Source: Rhina ancylostomus (Eukaryota). Taken from it: a stretch of DNA of 64,000 nt. Position 1 is the stretch's first letter. Each line of letters starts with the position of its first letter. The notes under the pieces were generated by a model. The model was not told where the DNA came from, did not search any database, and saw only the letters and a program-made list of their open reading frames with translations. Positions 63,468 to 64,000 of this stretch are shown here, in pieces. Where the stretch lies: contig JARFYF010000036.1 in the NCBI GenBank assembly GCA_030265395.1, positions 11,497,270 to 11,561,269 of the forward strand. The letters run 5' to 3'. The position numbers and the translations under genes were made by a program.

Positions 63468-63830
63468 ATGGTGCAGTGGTTAGATTACTTGTAACCCAGA
63501 GGCCTGACCTAAAATTAGAGATCTGAGTTCAAATCCCATGGGGGTGGCTGCTGTGATAGTTATGGAATTTCTATTGTTAATAATCTGGAATTTAAAACTA
63601 GCCAATAGTCAAGATTACTACAAACATACCTGATAGTTTTAAAAATCTATCTAGTTCATAAATGGAGGAAATCTAACTTCCTTACTAGGTCTGGTCTGTA
63701 TGTGACTCCTGACCCACTGATGTGGTTCACTCTTTAATAGTAAAGCCAAGCTCTCAGTTCAATGGGAATTTAGGGATGGGTAGTAAATGCTGTCTTTGCC
63801 AGGGACATCTGGATATCAAAAACATGTGGC
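63468..63830 (+). mobile_element. tRNA-derived SINE, second family (related copies at ~6640-6860, 21945-22270, 17570-17790(-), 50680-50920(-))
   Basis: ggtgcagtggtta...aacccagaggcct...gagttcaaatcccat...ggaattt...ggtctggtctgtatgtgactcc...gtggttcactctt recurs across the window. Confidence 0.6.
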
Positions 63831-64000
63831 TAATAGTTTCACATGTGTTTAACCTGAGTGACCACAAGAGAAGTCTCTCCTCCTGTATCCCTCTCATAAT
63901 TAATATTTTTCAATATTGGCCATAAAATATCTCACTATCTGCTCCAAGAACAATGGGATCAGCACTCCAGCTCTTTGGGTCAGCCATATAGAGTGATCAT

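Noticed and set aside
1-64000. Prokaryote-type systems (CRISPR arrays, operons, defence islands)
   Set aside because: There are no regularly spaced repeat-spacer arrays or dense ORFs. The DNA is intron-rich vertebrate sequence.

Overview
Eukaryotic (vertebrate) genomic DNA, most likely from an elasmobranch (shark or ray), judging by its V-domain tRNA-SINEs, Deu-type SINEs, CR1 LINEs and Penelope-like repeats. It is a draft assembly with many N gaps. The only host gene is on the + strand. I reconstructed 11 coding exons between 1432 and 60346, all with GT-AG introns and fully compatible phases. They encode the C-terminal ~517 aa of a formin: the last helix of a PH-like domain, an acidic linker with a YEVI motif, a minimal proline-rich FH1, and a complete FH2 domain that ends at a stop with essentially no tail. 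This best fits the little-studied PH-domain-containing formin (PHCF) subtype. The 5' exons lie upstream of the window. The introns hold many transposons: a decayed Hermes/hobo-like hAT transposase interrupted by a solo LTR, a second solo LTR of the same family, an L1 3' fragment, and a nested CR1/Penelope/Gypsy block. They also contain a second two-LTR element with a 4-bp TSD, many SINEs, a near-perfect 76-bp inverted duplication and a 62-bp direct duplication. I found no rRNA, tRNA or CRISPR features. All homology calls come from motif recognition by eye, not from database searches.
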